Both the position numbers and the translations under genes were made by a program. Of a stretch of DNA of 64,000 nucleotides, positions 30,300 to 39,668 are shown piece after piece (positions within the stretch are counted from its first letter, which is position 1; each line of letters opens with the position of its first letter). The stretch comes from Alphaproteobacteria bacterium. GTDB taxonomy: Bacteria; Pseudomonadota; Alphaproteobacteria; MPNO01; UBA830. The notes below the pieces were generated by a model that was not told the DNA's origin, made no database searches, and saw only the letters and a program-made list of their open reading frames with translations. Location of the stretch: contig OZ219791.1 of assembly GCA_964291215.2 (NCBI GenBank), forward strand, positions 2,944,001 through 3,008,000, in the 5' to 3' direction.

Positions 30300-32028
30300 C
30301 CAAAAACCCCAAAAAAACCCACAGTACCGCAGACGGCAAACCCGTCCACAGCCACCGGCTTGTGCTTTCTCAGCGTATCGGCGACAAGGTCAGGCAGCGC
30401 ACACTGCTCAATCTCGGCACCGACTATTCGGTGGCGCGTAAGAACTGGAAGGAGGTTGCCGCCGAAGCGCTGCTCCACGGCCACCCGCCACTGTTCGAAG
30501 CCGCGTGCAGGCCGCAGCCGAGGACATCGTCAACAGGGGCCCGGAGGTTCCGCGTCGACGCTCCGGAGGAAGACGCACGCAAATTGCGACCGTCAACCTC
30601 GACAGCCTCAAGCACGAGAACCCGCGCTCGGTCGGCTGCGAGCGCCTGTGCCTCGAGGCGCGATCTCGGCTTCACGACCTCGGCATCACGGGCCGCGAGT
30701 GCGCTGATCGTCACCAGGATGATCCGCCAGCGAGCGCTGGCTGCGCGATGACAGCGCGACCGCGGAGCTTCTGGATCTGGAGGGCAAGTCGCTCTCGCGC
30801 AAGACGCTGTACCGCATCGGCGACCTGCGTCACCGAGCCGCCATCCAGAAAGAACTGTTCAACCGCGAGCGCGCGCTGCATCCCCGACACCATCGCCTTT
30901 TACGATCTCACCAATGTTCACGGCCGCGCCGACGGCAAGCTCCCCCGCTTCGGGCGCTCGAAGCAGAAGCGCAATGATTGCCCCGTCATCACGCTTGCGC
31001 TGGCGCTCGACGGCGCAGGCTTTCCGCGCAGTTGCGAGGTCTTGCCGGGCAACGTGAGCGAACCGGGCACGCTGGGTGATGCGCTGTCGAGGCTGAAGGC
31101 GGGCCCGGCGGCAAAGCCGACGGTAGTCATGGACGTCGGCACCGAGGCGAACATCGCGTGGCGAGCACGGCTGGATTGCGGTCAGCCGTGGCGCCAAGCC
31201 GGCGCCGCCCGAGGGTGAGCCCGAGGCCCTGCTGATCACCAGCACCAACCACGAGGTGCAGGCCTGTCGCCTTGCCAGCGAGGATGGCGCGGCTCTACGT
31301 GGTCAGCGAGAGCAAGAAGAGGGCCGAGGACGCCATTCTTGACCGCAGGGCTTCGAGGCGGCAAAGCTCCACCTCTCGGCCAAGGGCCGGCTCAAGCGCC
31401 ACGACAAGGTGCTGGAAAGCGGTCTCAAGTAGCGCTTCTCTACCGTCGCCCGGCACTACGAGATCACTGTCGAGAAGGCCGGCGCCAACGCAACGGCCGT
31501 GCGCTTCAGCCACAGGCCGCAATACGACAAGGCGAATGACAACGCGAGCGCTTATGTTCTGCGCACCAGCGACTGGGATATCGAGACCGTCCTCAGGACA
31601 TGGATCACGGATATCGAGGCCACCTTCCGTTCATTGAAATCCGAGCTCGGATTGCGCCCGATCTGGCTCGACCAGCGCATCGCCGCCCACCTGTTGATCG
31701 CCGTACTCGCCTACCACGCGGTGCATCTGATCCGCTGGCCACGCGGGGCATCCACAAGTGCTGGACATCAATCCGCGAGAGCATGCGGAACCAGGGTCAC
31801 CACGCGTCTGCGCCAGGCGCGTTGATCATCAACCGACAGGACACGCGCCCGACCGCCGAGGTCGCCAAAATCTCCTCGGCGGCTGGTGTCGAACCCACCG
31901 CACGAGGAGCCGCCTCACAAGCTGACAGAATTCAACAAGATGTAGTGCCATGTTGAAATAGGCCGACAAAAAAATCACGTTATATCAAAGTGACAAAAAT
32001 TCCAGGCCGCAAAAAGTGCCAACTTGGG
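30300..32028 (+). mobile_element. IS1634-family transposase pseudogene
   Basis: HRLVLSQRIGDKVRQRTLLNLG, FYDLTN, FGRSKQKRNDCP, PGNVSE and IEATFRSLKSELGLRPI; right end ...AACTTGGG. Confidence 0.82.
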
Positions 32029-32355
32029 TAAGAGCTCGTCGGTCGCTGTATTCCAATAATCCCGATGAGTCCGGAACTTGGTGCGAACATCCTTCGTCAG
32101 GTCCGTAATCACCACTTCCAATTTGACAGGTATGGGATTTTCATCGCCGTCCAGATAGCGCCGCTGGAAGAAGTCATGTTCGTCTATCGGGTTGCTTCGA
32201 GACAGGCGGTCCGGCCCAAGCAAGAGATCCAAAGCCTCGCAGAGGGTCGACTTGCCGACGCTGTTTCCACCGATGATGACTGTGTGACCGGGGAAGAGGA
32301 CTTCGCCGTTGGCGACGCTGCGGAAGTTCGTGAGGTTGAGGCGGCGTATCCTCAT
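32029..32355 (-). pseudogene. OLD-family ATP-dependent nuclease, N-terminal ATPase part only (truncated by IS1634)
   Basis: MRIRRLNLTNFRSV...IIGGNSVGKSTLCEALDLLLGP; reading frame runs into the IS1634 end at 32028. Confidence 0.8.
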
Positions 32356-32400
32356 ACATCATTCCTTGCTGACCGATTGGGGCTGGAAGGTTGCCATATT

Positions 32401-33210
32401 CTACGGCAGGGCGGATTGCGATAGCGGGAGCCTCACGAGGTATCGGCTCCCGATCAGGGACATGAAGTGTCCCTCGATCCGGTGCGCGATGAGCTGCGAG
32501 TCCGCGAGGAGGCCGAGTTCGATGTTTCGTTCCTGTGCCGCTTCCGTGAAATTCGCGGAGGTCACGAGCGCCTCGCGGCCGTCGATGACCACGCACTTGG
32601 CATGCATGGAACTGGCGGTGCGGCCTGCGGGCTCCAGCGACCGGGGGTCGTAGTAGACGCGAGGCAAGCGGTTGCCGGGCCATTCGTTGCGCACGAATTC
32701 GTTTGCGAAGCGCCGGAGGATGTCGCGGTCAATGGACGTATCGCTGTGTTGACGGCGGGCGTCGATGCAAAGGACTGCATCGAAAGACCCGTCGTTGTCG
32801 AGCCGGTCGGCCAGGGTCTTGAACACGGACTTTCCCTGATGCACCGCAAAACCGACAGCCAGCACTCGCTCGCGCGCCTTGCCGAACAACTGCCGCATGA
32901 CCGCGCCGGTATCGCGCGTGTCGCCGGTCGCATCCGGGCCGCTGACGACCACTTCGATGGGTATTGAGGAAGCACCGGTCGCTTGAGCGCCAGCGGCGAA
33001 GGCACGAAGCAGGAGCGCGATGTGAGCGGGCGGTATGCCTTTCGCATCCAATTCCCCGAGGCATCGCGCCAGCGGTGCGGCGTGCGCCGCAGCAAGGTGA
33101 TCGCGCAGCGACAGCGCACTCAGGGGCGGCGTCAGAAGGCCGGCCTCCAGCAGGTCGGCCAGCCGGAGGAGATCCGGCCGGTTGGCTGCAGCCAAAGCAT
33201 AGAATTCCAT
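32401..33210 (-). CDS. drmC: DISARM phospholipase D-family nuclease DrmC
   Basis: Single HKD motif MHAKCVVID...TSANFT..A..RNIELG; located directly downstream of drmB. Confidence 0.88.
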   Translation of the reverse strand: MEFYALAAANRPDLLRLADLLEAGLLTPPLSALSLRDHLAAAHAAPLARCLGELDAKGIPPAHIALLLRAFAAGAQATGASSIPIEVVVSGPDATGDTRDTGAVMRQLFGKARERVLAVGFAVHQGKSVFKTLADRLDNDGSFDAVLCIDARRQHSDTSIDRDILRRFANEFVRNEWPGNRLPRVYYDPRSLEPAGRTASSMHAKCVVIDGREALVTSANFTEAAQERNIELGLLADSQLIAHRIEGHFMSLIGSRYLVRLPLSQSALP

Positions 33211-35018
33211 CACGACCCGTGTTCGGAGGGATCGAAGAAGGCAGCATCGGCCAGACTGACGGTCGGAACGACAAGCGCCCGGTCGAGGAAATCGTTGCGT
33301 TGTTCGCAGCTCGTTTCCGCGATGAGCAGGCAACCGTGACAGGCGGCTCCTTGCAGCAAACGACCTTCGAGTGGGAACTCAGGCGCATGTTCGGCGCACA
33401 CCGGATCGTTGGAACACAGTTGGCCGTCGCGGACAGCGCGGCGAAGGTGATCGCCGAGGCGCCGGCCTGTCTCCACCAGTCCGCCCAGCGTGCCTTCGGA
33501 GTCGGACGATCCGGTATAGATCAATATTCCGTACCCACCATCGCCGGAATAGACGCGTTCGCGCAGGGAACTGGCGGGATAGCCGCAATCGAGTGCGATC
33601 GAGGTCATCAGCATGTGCGAGAGAGAGTGCAGCATGACATAGGCCAGTCCGGGAAATCCGTCCTCGGGGCGATGGCGCTCGGCGGCCCATATGCGCCACC
33701 CCTCCAGAAGCTGGTGTCCGCGATCCTGGACGCCAGGACGCGCGAGCCACTTCTCCATCGCCTCGGCCCTGAAGGAAAGGAAGATGCCCTCGCCGCGGTT
33801 TTCGACGGCGGGCAGCCAAGTGACGGTTTCGGCGAGCGAGGCTCTGATAACATCCAGATCGAGCTCGCCGTCCTTGTCCGGGCTGACTGCCTCGAACCGG
33901 GTGAATCCGAGCAGTGACACGACTTCGCGCAGGCGATGCACCAGCACCAGCTTGTCGACAGGCGCGAGCAGGGTGTCCTCGTCGGGATCCCAAACCTGGC
34001 GCGGTAGCGTCTCGGCGTGAAACTTCGAGCGCGGGTCGTTCTCACCGATGAAGTCGTCTCCCTTGTCGAGGATATCGAACTCGGCGGCCTTGACCGGCAC
34101 GTCGTCCCGCTCTCCGCCGCCCTGCTGGCGGTGGTACTCGGCAAGCACGGTTTCGTCGCCGGTGCCGGCGAAGGCGGCGTCGAGTTCCGGCATCTTCCGG
34201 AAGTTTTGCAGCGCGCCCAGATCGTCGGCCGCCTTCAGCCGGTCGTAGTGCACGGAGACCTTCGCCGCCAGTCCAGCGTCGTATTCGGGCAGCGAAATGA
34301 CGCTCATGACCTGCGGAAAGTATGCGTTGCTCGCGGTGCGCACCAGCAACCGGTAAGGCTCACCACAAGCCTCCCTCGCATACTGCCCGATCCACGGGCG
34401 CTTTCCTTCGCACTGGCCGAGGGCGCCCGTGCCGGGGCTCGAAGCCTCGTAGAGCGAGCGCTCCTCGCCGCAGTCGCAGACACAGAAGGTGTCGCCGATA
34501 TGTGCGCCTGTGCCGCGTTCCTCGAGCCAGAGCGGGCGCCGGCATGTCCTCCCGCTCTGGTGAACGAACCGGCGCCAGTCCAGGTCGTCGATATGGCCGC
34601 GCCGACAGCCGCAGACGAACCTCACGGGTACCACCGGTTTGCGCTTGCCGTCTTCGTCGCGAAAGCGGCCTCTGTCGAGGTGATCCCATCGCACCAGCCG
34701 GCGCCGGCGCCACTGGGGGTTGCGGGGCGATGGCCTGGCGTCCTTGACCAGGAACCAGGTGGGGAAGATGCGTGCGCCAACGGGCGCGACCTGGCGAGCG
34801 TTCTCTTCGTGGCGCGGCGGCGTCCAGAGTTCAAGCGAGGGAACGTCCAGCAATCGCTGCAGCTTGGCGGCAAGACGTGGCTCGTCGACTTTCTCCCGCC
34901 GCAAATGAGCCCAGTCCTGAAGGCCGGAGACGATGATCGAGTAGTCGGGGAGGTCGATCATCGCTCCCGGCCCATAGGTCGTGATCAACTGGCTCTGGCG
35001 AACGATATTGTCGGTCAT
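33210..35018 (-). CDS. drmB: DISARM DUF1998 protein DrmB
   Basis: RQSQLITTYGPGAMIDLP N-terminus; HSLSH...CGYPASSLRER, SEGTLGGL and CSNDPVC...ACHGC..IAETSCE. Confidence 0.93.
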   Translation of the reverse strand: MTDNIVRQSQLITTYGPGAMIDLPDYSIIVSGLQDWAHLRREKVDEPRLAAKLQRLLDVPSLELWTPPRHEENARQVAPVGARIFPTWFLVKDARPSPRNPQWRRRRLVRWDHLDRGRFRDEDGKRKPVVPVRFVCGCRRGHIDDLDWRRFVHQSGRTCRRPLWLEERGTGAHIGDTFCVCDCGEERSLYEASSPGTGALGQCEGKRPWIGQYAREACGEPYRLLVRTASNAYFPQVMSVISLPEYDAGLAAKVSVHYDRLKAADDLGALQNFRKMPELDAAFAGTGDETVLAEYHRQQGGGERDDVPVKAAEFDILDKGDDFIGENDPRSKFHAETLPRQVWDPDEDTLLAPVDKLVLVHRLREVVSLLGFTRFEAVSPDKDGELDLDVIRASLAETVTWLPAVENRGEGIFLSFRAEAMEKWLARPGVQDRGHQLLEGWRIWAAERHRPEDGFPGLAYVMLHSLSHMLMTSIALDCGYPASSLRERVYSGDGGYGILIYTGSSDSEGTLGGLVETGRRLGDHLRRAVRDGQLCSNDPVCAEHAPEFPLEGRLLQGAACHGCLLIAETSCEQRNDFLDRALVVPTVSLADAAFFDPSEHGS

Positions 35019-35025
35019 GGGGCGG

Positions 35026-38000
35026 CTATTCGATGTCTCGACCTTCGGGGGTCTTGATGCCGAGCAGCACGCCCGGTTCGACATCACGCAACGACCGTGG
35101 CGCCCGGAACCGAAGCTGTATGTCGTTGAGCATGTCGCGATCCGGATCGATCATCTCGCGCAACAGCGGCGTGGCCGTGCCGCTGTCTCGGCCGCGCGCA
35201 TAGCCGAAGGCTACGCCGCCCTGTCCGGCTTCGTGGGCGAGATTCGCCCAATCGTCGAGGAGGCTCTGCACGCGGTTGCCCACGTGAGCTGCGAAGCTTT
35301 CGGGAAGGCCGTCGGCATGGCTGCGCGCCCTTTCGCTAACGGCCCGAGCCAGGGCTGCTGTTTGCGCGCCGTGGTTCTCGACGCTTCCCGCCGCCTGCAT
35401 CGGGGTCAGCTCAGGAATGCCGAGCCTCGCCAGGGCAACCGTGACCGCCGGCAGGGCGCGGTCCATGGCGCGCGGCGAGAACGGTGTGACGCTGGTCGCC
35501 TCGACGCCGCGATAGAAGGACTCGTGCCAGGCGGCGAAGCGTTCGTAGTGCGAGCGGTCGCGCGGCTTGTGGATGTTCAGGAGCGTCACCACCAGGCCCG
35601 GCCGTTCCGGGTCGCGGCCAACCCGGCTCGTCGCCTGGATATACTCCGCGGTGGTTTTCGGCTGGCCGGAGACGAGCATCAGGCCGAGCCGCGTGATGTC
35701 GAGCCCGACGGAAATCATGTTTGTTGCCAGGGCCACGTCCACACGGTCTTTGTCCGCGAATCCCAAGGAGAGCCGACGCTTGGCTTCGGCGACATGGGCA
35801 GTATCGACTCGGGAGGTCAGTTCGACCGGCTCGAATGCGATCTGTCTGTCGGCGAACAGCCCGGTCGTCTCGTCGAGGCGTTTGTGTTTGGCATAGATCT
35901 GGAGACGGGAGCCGACCTCGTCCTCGACGATGCGCCGCGCGCTGCCCAGTTCACGCAGGGCATTGAAATACGCGACGGCCGTCATGTAAGGGTCGGCCGG
36001 GTTGATGCCGCCCGGTTTCGCTGCGGCCTCCCATGCGGCCTGCGCCGCAGCCATCAGAGTGATCGTGCTTCGCAGGAAGATGACCTTCGGCCCCCGCCCC
36101 TGCGCGGCGATGCCGAGATAGAGCCGGGGGTTCGCCTCCTGCGGCAGCGCCTGTCGGGCGAAGAACGAATCGCGCCGATCAATGCCCGGGGCCGGAAACA
36201 CCGCGACAGAGGACCGGCCGAACAGGGCGCGAATCTGCTTTCGAGCGAGACGGACGGTCGCGGTCGAGGCGATGATCTTCGGGCGCACTTCCCTGCCGTC
36301 GATCCGGCGTCGACAGAGGTGGTCCACCGCCGTCTCGTACAGACCTGCCATGGTGCCGAGCGGCCCCGACATGAGATGCAACTCGTCCTGGATCACGAGG
36401 TCGGGCGGGCGCGGATCGTTCGGATCGCCGCCCCGGAAGAACCTTGCCGTGTCTCCGTTCCACGGCATGGCGGCGAACTTGTCGGCGGTCGCGATCATGA
36501 AGGCGGGCAGGCGATCGTATATCGGCTCGTCAACGGCGACGATGGGCAGAGGACGCCTCCCCGCGAAATCGCAGCGGCGGCTCGCACAGCGCACCAGCAG
36601 GTTCGTCGGATTGTTGGTATCGGGCGTGAGGAGGAAGGAGTGCTTGCCGAATTTCGTGCCGCACCAGGGACACCGATCCAGAGGCAAGGGAGGATCGCGG
36701 GAAGTATCGCGCGCGAAACGCAGGGTCTTGGTGCGCGCGGTCCTGTCGGACGAATCGCCCTTCCGGCCCATGTGGTTGGGCGTTGCAGCGCGGCCCACCC
36801 AGAGCGCAATCTCGAACGGCCACGTTCCAAGCCGTTCCGGATGTGCTTCGCGTTCCAGCTCAAGGGCGCAGATCAGCGCCGCGGCGCGCCCCAATTGGTC
36901 GAGGGTCAGGAGCCGAAGCGTGTAGCGCATCAGCACCGAGAGGCCGCGATGGACGGGATCGGGATCGCGCAGCCGGCGCAGGACCAGCGTGAACGCCGCC
37001 AGTCCGAGATAGGCTTCCGTCTTGCCGCCGCCCGTGGGAAAGAAAAGGAGATCGACGATCTCGCGTTCGACATGGATGGGCTCGGCGATGCCGCGCAGGT
37101 TCATAAGGATGTAGGCAAGCTGGAAGGGGCGCCACGCGGGCGGGTCCACCGCCTCGGGCGCGATGCCTTCTTCCTGCGCCCTTCGCCGCCGGGCCGCCGC
37201 CGCCATGGCGCGGTTGGCGATGCGAAAGGCATCCAGGAGGTCGGGGTCATCAAGCAGATCGATGCCGGCCTGGATGCGATCCGCTGCAACGGCTGCCTGG
37301 CTCACCAGCTGGTCCGCGACCTCTCGTCGTCCGCCCGAGAAGGCTTGTGCGTGTTTGCGCTGGTCTTCGATCCAGGCGCGATAGGCGCCGACCAGAGGGT
37401 TCAGCATGTGCCTGGCGTCGGCCCCGTCGCTCAGGGCGCCCAACGCCTCCATGCCGAACTCGACATCGGCGACAGGCGACGGTTCCACACGCTCCACCGC
37501 TGCTTGGGGCATCCATTCGGCATGCAACCGGCGACAGTCGCCGTCGGTGGTTTCGGCTCGCGCGGACACGTTGTGGCCGACGGCATATTCGACCGCATCC
37601 CGGTAATGCAGGTCGGCGAGACGGTCGTCCCAGTCGTCCCTGTCAATGCCGCGAGGATCGTGTCGAGGGACGAACGGTCTGTCCGCTTCGACAGCCATCC
37701 CGACCTGAAAGGCAAAGGCCGTGTCCTGCACATCGTCGTCCTTGGCGGCTGGCCGCCGATTGACGACGAACAGGGAAATGGCGCGGTCGTCGAGATCGCC
37801 TTCCGCCCCTCGTACCTTGATCGGGCGAACGAGGCAGACGAGTTCGAGACCGCCGCTCTCCGGCATGTCGAAGCGCGTGCGCGTCCCGGACTGGATCGAC
37901 GCGAGATCGATATCGACGGTGTTTGCGCCCGGTCGGCGACGCCATGGCGCGAAGCGACGCTGGGCCGGGCCTGCGACCGCATCGCCGCTGTCGGGCTCCT

Positions 38001-38418
38001 CGTCGCCGGCTGCGGTATCGCCCGCGTCTGCTTCTTCTGGCGCGTAGTCGCCCCAGGAAAGCTGCACACGCAGATGCCGGGCGGTCGCGTCCGCCAGAAC
38101 GCTCAGCCCCATGGATGAAGGCAGAAACACGCGCTTGCCGCTGCCGCGTTCCGGCGTGCCGGCGTCGTCGCCTCCCTGCGCGGGTTCAGCCCCTTCGTCG
38201 AGCTCTTCTTCGGCGTCCTGTGCCCGCTGCGCGTCCGATGCGCCTGTCGGTACGAGGAACCCGGTCAGATACCAGCGGGATGGCGCCATTGACAGGCGCT
38301 CGTGCTGAAGCGCTTCGTCCCCGGGGCGCGGGCCGACCAGGTTGAGCCGCAGCGCCTCCACCAGGTAGTCGCGGACGTCAGCACTCGCGTTCAAGGGTGT
38401 GTTCGGCTCGCCTTTCAA
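35026..38418 (-). CDS. drmA: DISARM SF2 helicase DrmA
   Basis: PSRWYLTGFL, FPTGGGKTEAY, YTLRLLT, IQDELH, ASTAT, ATNMISVGLD and YIQATSRVGR. Confidence 0.93.
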   Translation of the reverse strand: MKGEPNTPLNASADVRDYLVEALRLNLVGPRPGDEALQHERLSMAPSRWYLTGFLVPTGASDAQRAQDAEEELDEGAEPAQGGDDAGTPERGSGKRVFLPSSMGLSVLADATARHLRVQLSWGDYAPEEADAGDTAAGDEEPDSGDAVAGPAQRRFAPWRRRPGANTVDIDLASIQSGTRTRFDMPESGGLELVCLVRPIKVRGAEGDLDDRAISLFVVNRRPAAKDDDVQDTAFAFQVGMAVEADRPFVPRHDPRGIDRDDWDDRLADLHYRDAVEYAVGHNVSARAETTDGDCRRLHAEWMPQAAVERVEPSPVADVEFGMEALGALSDGADARHMLNPLVGAYRAWIEDQRKHAQAFSGGRREVADQLVSQAAVAADRIQAGIDLLDDPDLLDAFRIANRAMAAAARRRRAQEEGIAPEAVDPPAWRPFQLAYILMNLRGIAEPIHVEREIVDLLFFPTGGGKTEAYLGLAAFTLVLRRLRDPDPVHRGLSVLMRYTLRLLTLDQLGRAAALICALELEREAHPERLGTWPFEIALWVGRAATPNHMGRKGDSSDRTARTKTLRFARDTSRDPPLPLDRCPWCGTKFGKHSFLLTPDTNNPTNLLVRCASRRCDFAGRRPLPIVAVDEPIYDRLPAFMIATADKFAAMPWNGDTARFFRGGDPNDPRPPDLVIQDELHLMSGPLGTMAGLYETAVDHLCRRRIDGREVRPKIIASTATVRLARKQIRALFGRSSVAVFPAPGIDRRDSFFARQALPQEANPRLYLGIAAQGRGPKVIFLRSTITLMAAAQAAWEAAAKPGGINPADPYMTAVAYFNALRELGSARRIVEDEVGSRLQIYAKHKRLDETTGLFADRQIAFEPVELTSRVDTAHVAEAKRRLSLGFADKDRVDVALATNMISVGLDITRLGLMLVSGQPKTTAEYIQATSRVGRDPERPGLVVTLLNIHKPRDRSHYERFAAWHESFYRGVEATSVTPFSPRAMDRALPAVTVALARLGIPELTPMQAAGSVENHGAQTAALARAVSERARSHADGLPESFAAHVGNRVQSLLDDWANLAHEAGQGGVAFGYARGRDSGTATPLLREMIDPDRDMLNDIQLRFRAPRSLRDVEPGVLLGIKTPEGRDIE

Positions 38419-38620
38419 TTTTCCAGCCTCAGAATTTCTTCTCTAACGATCCTGCAGCGCACCCCGGAAAGGGGATTATATCCATTGCTTGGAGTCTGCG
38501 CCGCAGAAAATTCTATTGGACAGCACCAAGTCATCCTCTCTCGTAAACGTAACGTCGCCGAAGTTCATCCGGACGGATCATGAGAGCGGGTGAAATGTTG
38601 CCATTTGTCGCCACAAGAAA

Positions 38621-39169
38621 TCAGCGGCCCACCAGACGGGCAGCGTTATCGACCCATGTGCCGAGGTCGTTTGCCGAAGTGAATATGGAGGCTCCCGGTT
38701 TCCAAGTATAGGTCTCGAAGCGCTGGCTGGCTTTCTCTGGGTAGATCTTCTGGGGCCCGTTCTTCGGCGGCATGTTGTGGTTGTCCAAGGGATTGGGTGG
38801 CGGAAAAATGACATCGGTGACAGGATCGGTAAAGGATCGAGGATCGTCCCGTTCGCCTTTCAGTTTCAGCGTGTGTATGTACACGCCAAGTAAACCCATG
38901 CCTTTGGCAATGGACTCTTTGATCTCGAAATTGACCCATCTGCTCCGGTGGGTGGCAGTGCCGATCAGCACGCAAGTGACCGAGCAGCCGCGCATCTGAT
39001 TTCGAATCCAGTTCTTGATGGCGATGTCGCCGGTTCGCTTGACTTGCTCGTATTCCGCCTTGTCCCGGAAACCCGAGCGTTGCTCGCCGATGAATCTGCC
39101 CGAGTTGCGGACCTGGTTGACGCGCCATACATCGTCGTAGTCGAAGCTGAAAAATACGACTCTGGTCAT
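38621..39169 (-). CDS. TIR-domain protein (MTH538/DUF1863, Thoeris ThsB-like)
   Basis: RVVFFSFDYDDVWRVNQVRNS, IKNWIRNQMRGCSVTCVLIG and SRWVNFEI (putative catalytic Glu). Confidence 0.88.
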   Translation of the reverse strand: MTRVVFFSFDYDDVWRVNQVRNSGRFIGEQRSGFRDKAEYEQVKRTGDIAIKNWIRNQMRGCSVTCVLIGTATHRSRWVNFEIKESIAKGMGLLGVYIHTLKLKGERDDPRSFTDPVTDVIFPPPNPLDNHNMPPKNGPQKIYPEKASQRFETYTWKPGASIFTSANDLGTWVDNAARLVGR

Positions 39170-39235
39170 CGATTTTCCTTGTCCGTTCCCGGAAATCGGA
39201 GAGTGGGCGCTCGGAGCATGGCTGCGGTTTCTGGC

Positions 39236-39640
39236 TCACCCGTCAACGGCAAACACGACGGCCAAGACAAATATAATCAGGGTGCCGTAAAAGAACGTCA
39301 GCGTGCGGGAGAACATTGTCCCAAGCCAGCTTCGGCGCAATGGTCCTCTGTAGGTGCGGACATCCATCGAGAAATCGATGTTCTCGGCAGGCAGGGCGCG
39401 GACATTGTCGTAGTGGGCCCGGAAGAGGCGTTCCTGCCACAGGAAGTAGCCGTCGAGGCCCCAGAAGGCGACAATGGGGAGGAGCGCGATGTAGCCGGAG
39501 TCGAAGGCACCCTGGCGGGCCAGGAGGACGAACAGGGCGGCGACCAGGAACACGGTCCAGCCCTTCATGCGGAAGGAATCGGAAGCAAGGCGGTTGATGA
39601 CGACCTGAATGAGTTCCAGGTGCTTGAGCTTGCTTTCCAT
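39236..39640 (-). CDS. Small membrane protein (about 3 TM) paired with the TIR gene
   Basis: MESKLKHLELIQVVINRLASDSFRMKGWTVFLVAALFVL...LLPIVAFWGLDGYFLWQERLFRAHYD...TLTFFYGTLIIFVLAVVF. Confidence 0.75.
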   Translation of the reverse strand: MESKLKHLELIQVVINRLASDSFRMKGWTVFLVAALFVLLARQGAFDSGYIALLPIVAFWGLDGYFLWQERLFRAHYDNVRALPAENIDFSMDVRTYRGPLRRSWLGTMFSRTLTFFYGTLIIFVLAVVFAVDG

Positions 39641-39668
39641 TGGTAGGGCTCTCGAGTGGGTGGAGGGG

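Noticed and set aside
34981-38118. Long plus-strand ORFs (34981-38118, 43043-45460, 11906-13396 and others)
   Set aside because: Antisense shadows of real genes in high-GC DNA, with no recognisable motifs.
38420-38620. Gene remnant between the TIR gene and drmA
   Set aside because: Lower-GC stretch with only very short ORFs and no identifiable motif.
38621-39169. Canonical Thoeris system
   Set aside because: No ThsA (SIR2-SLOG or macro-domain) gene is recognisable in the window.
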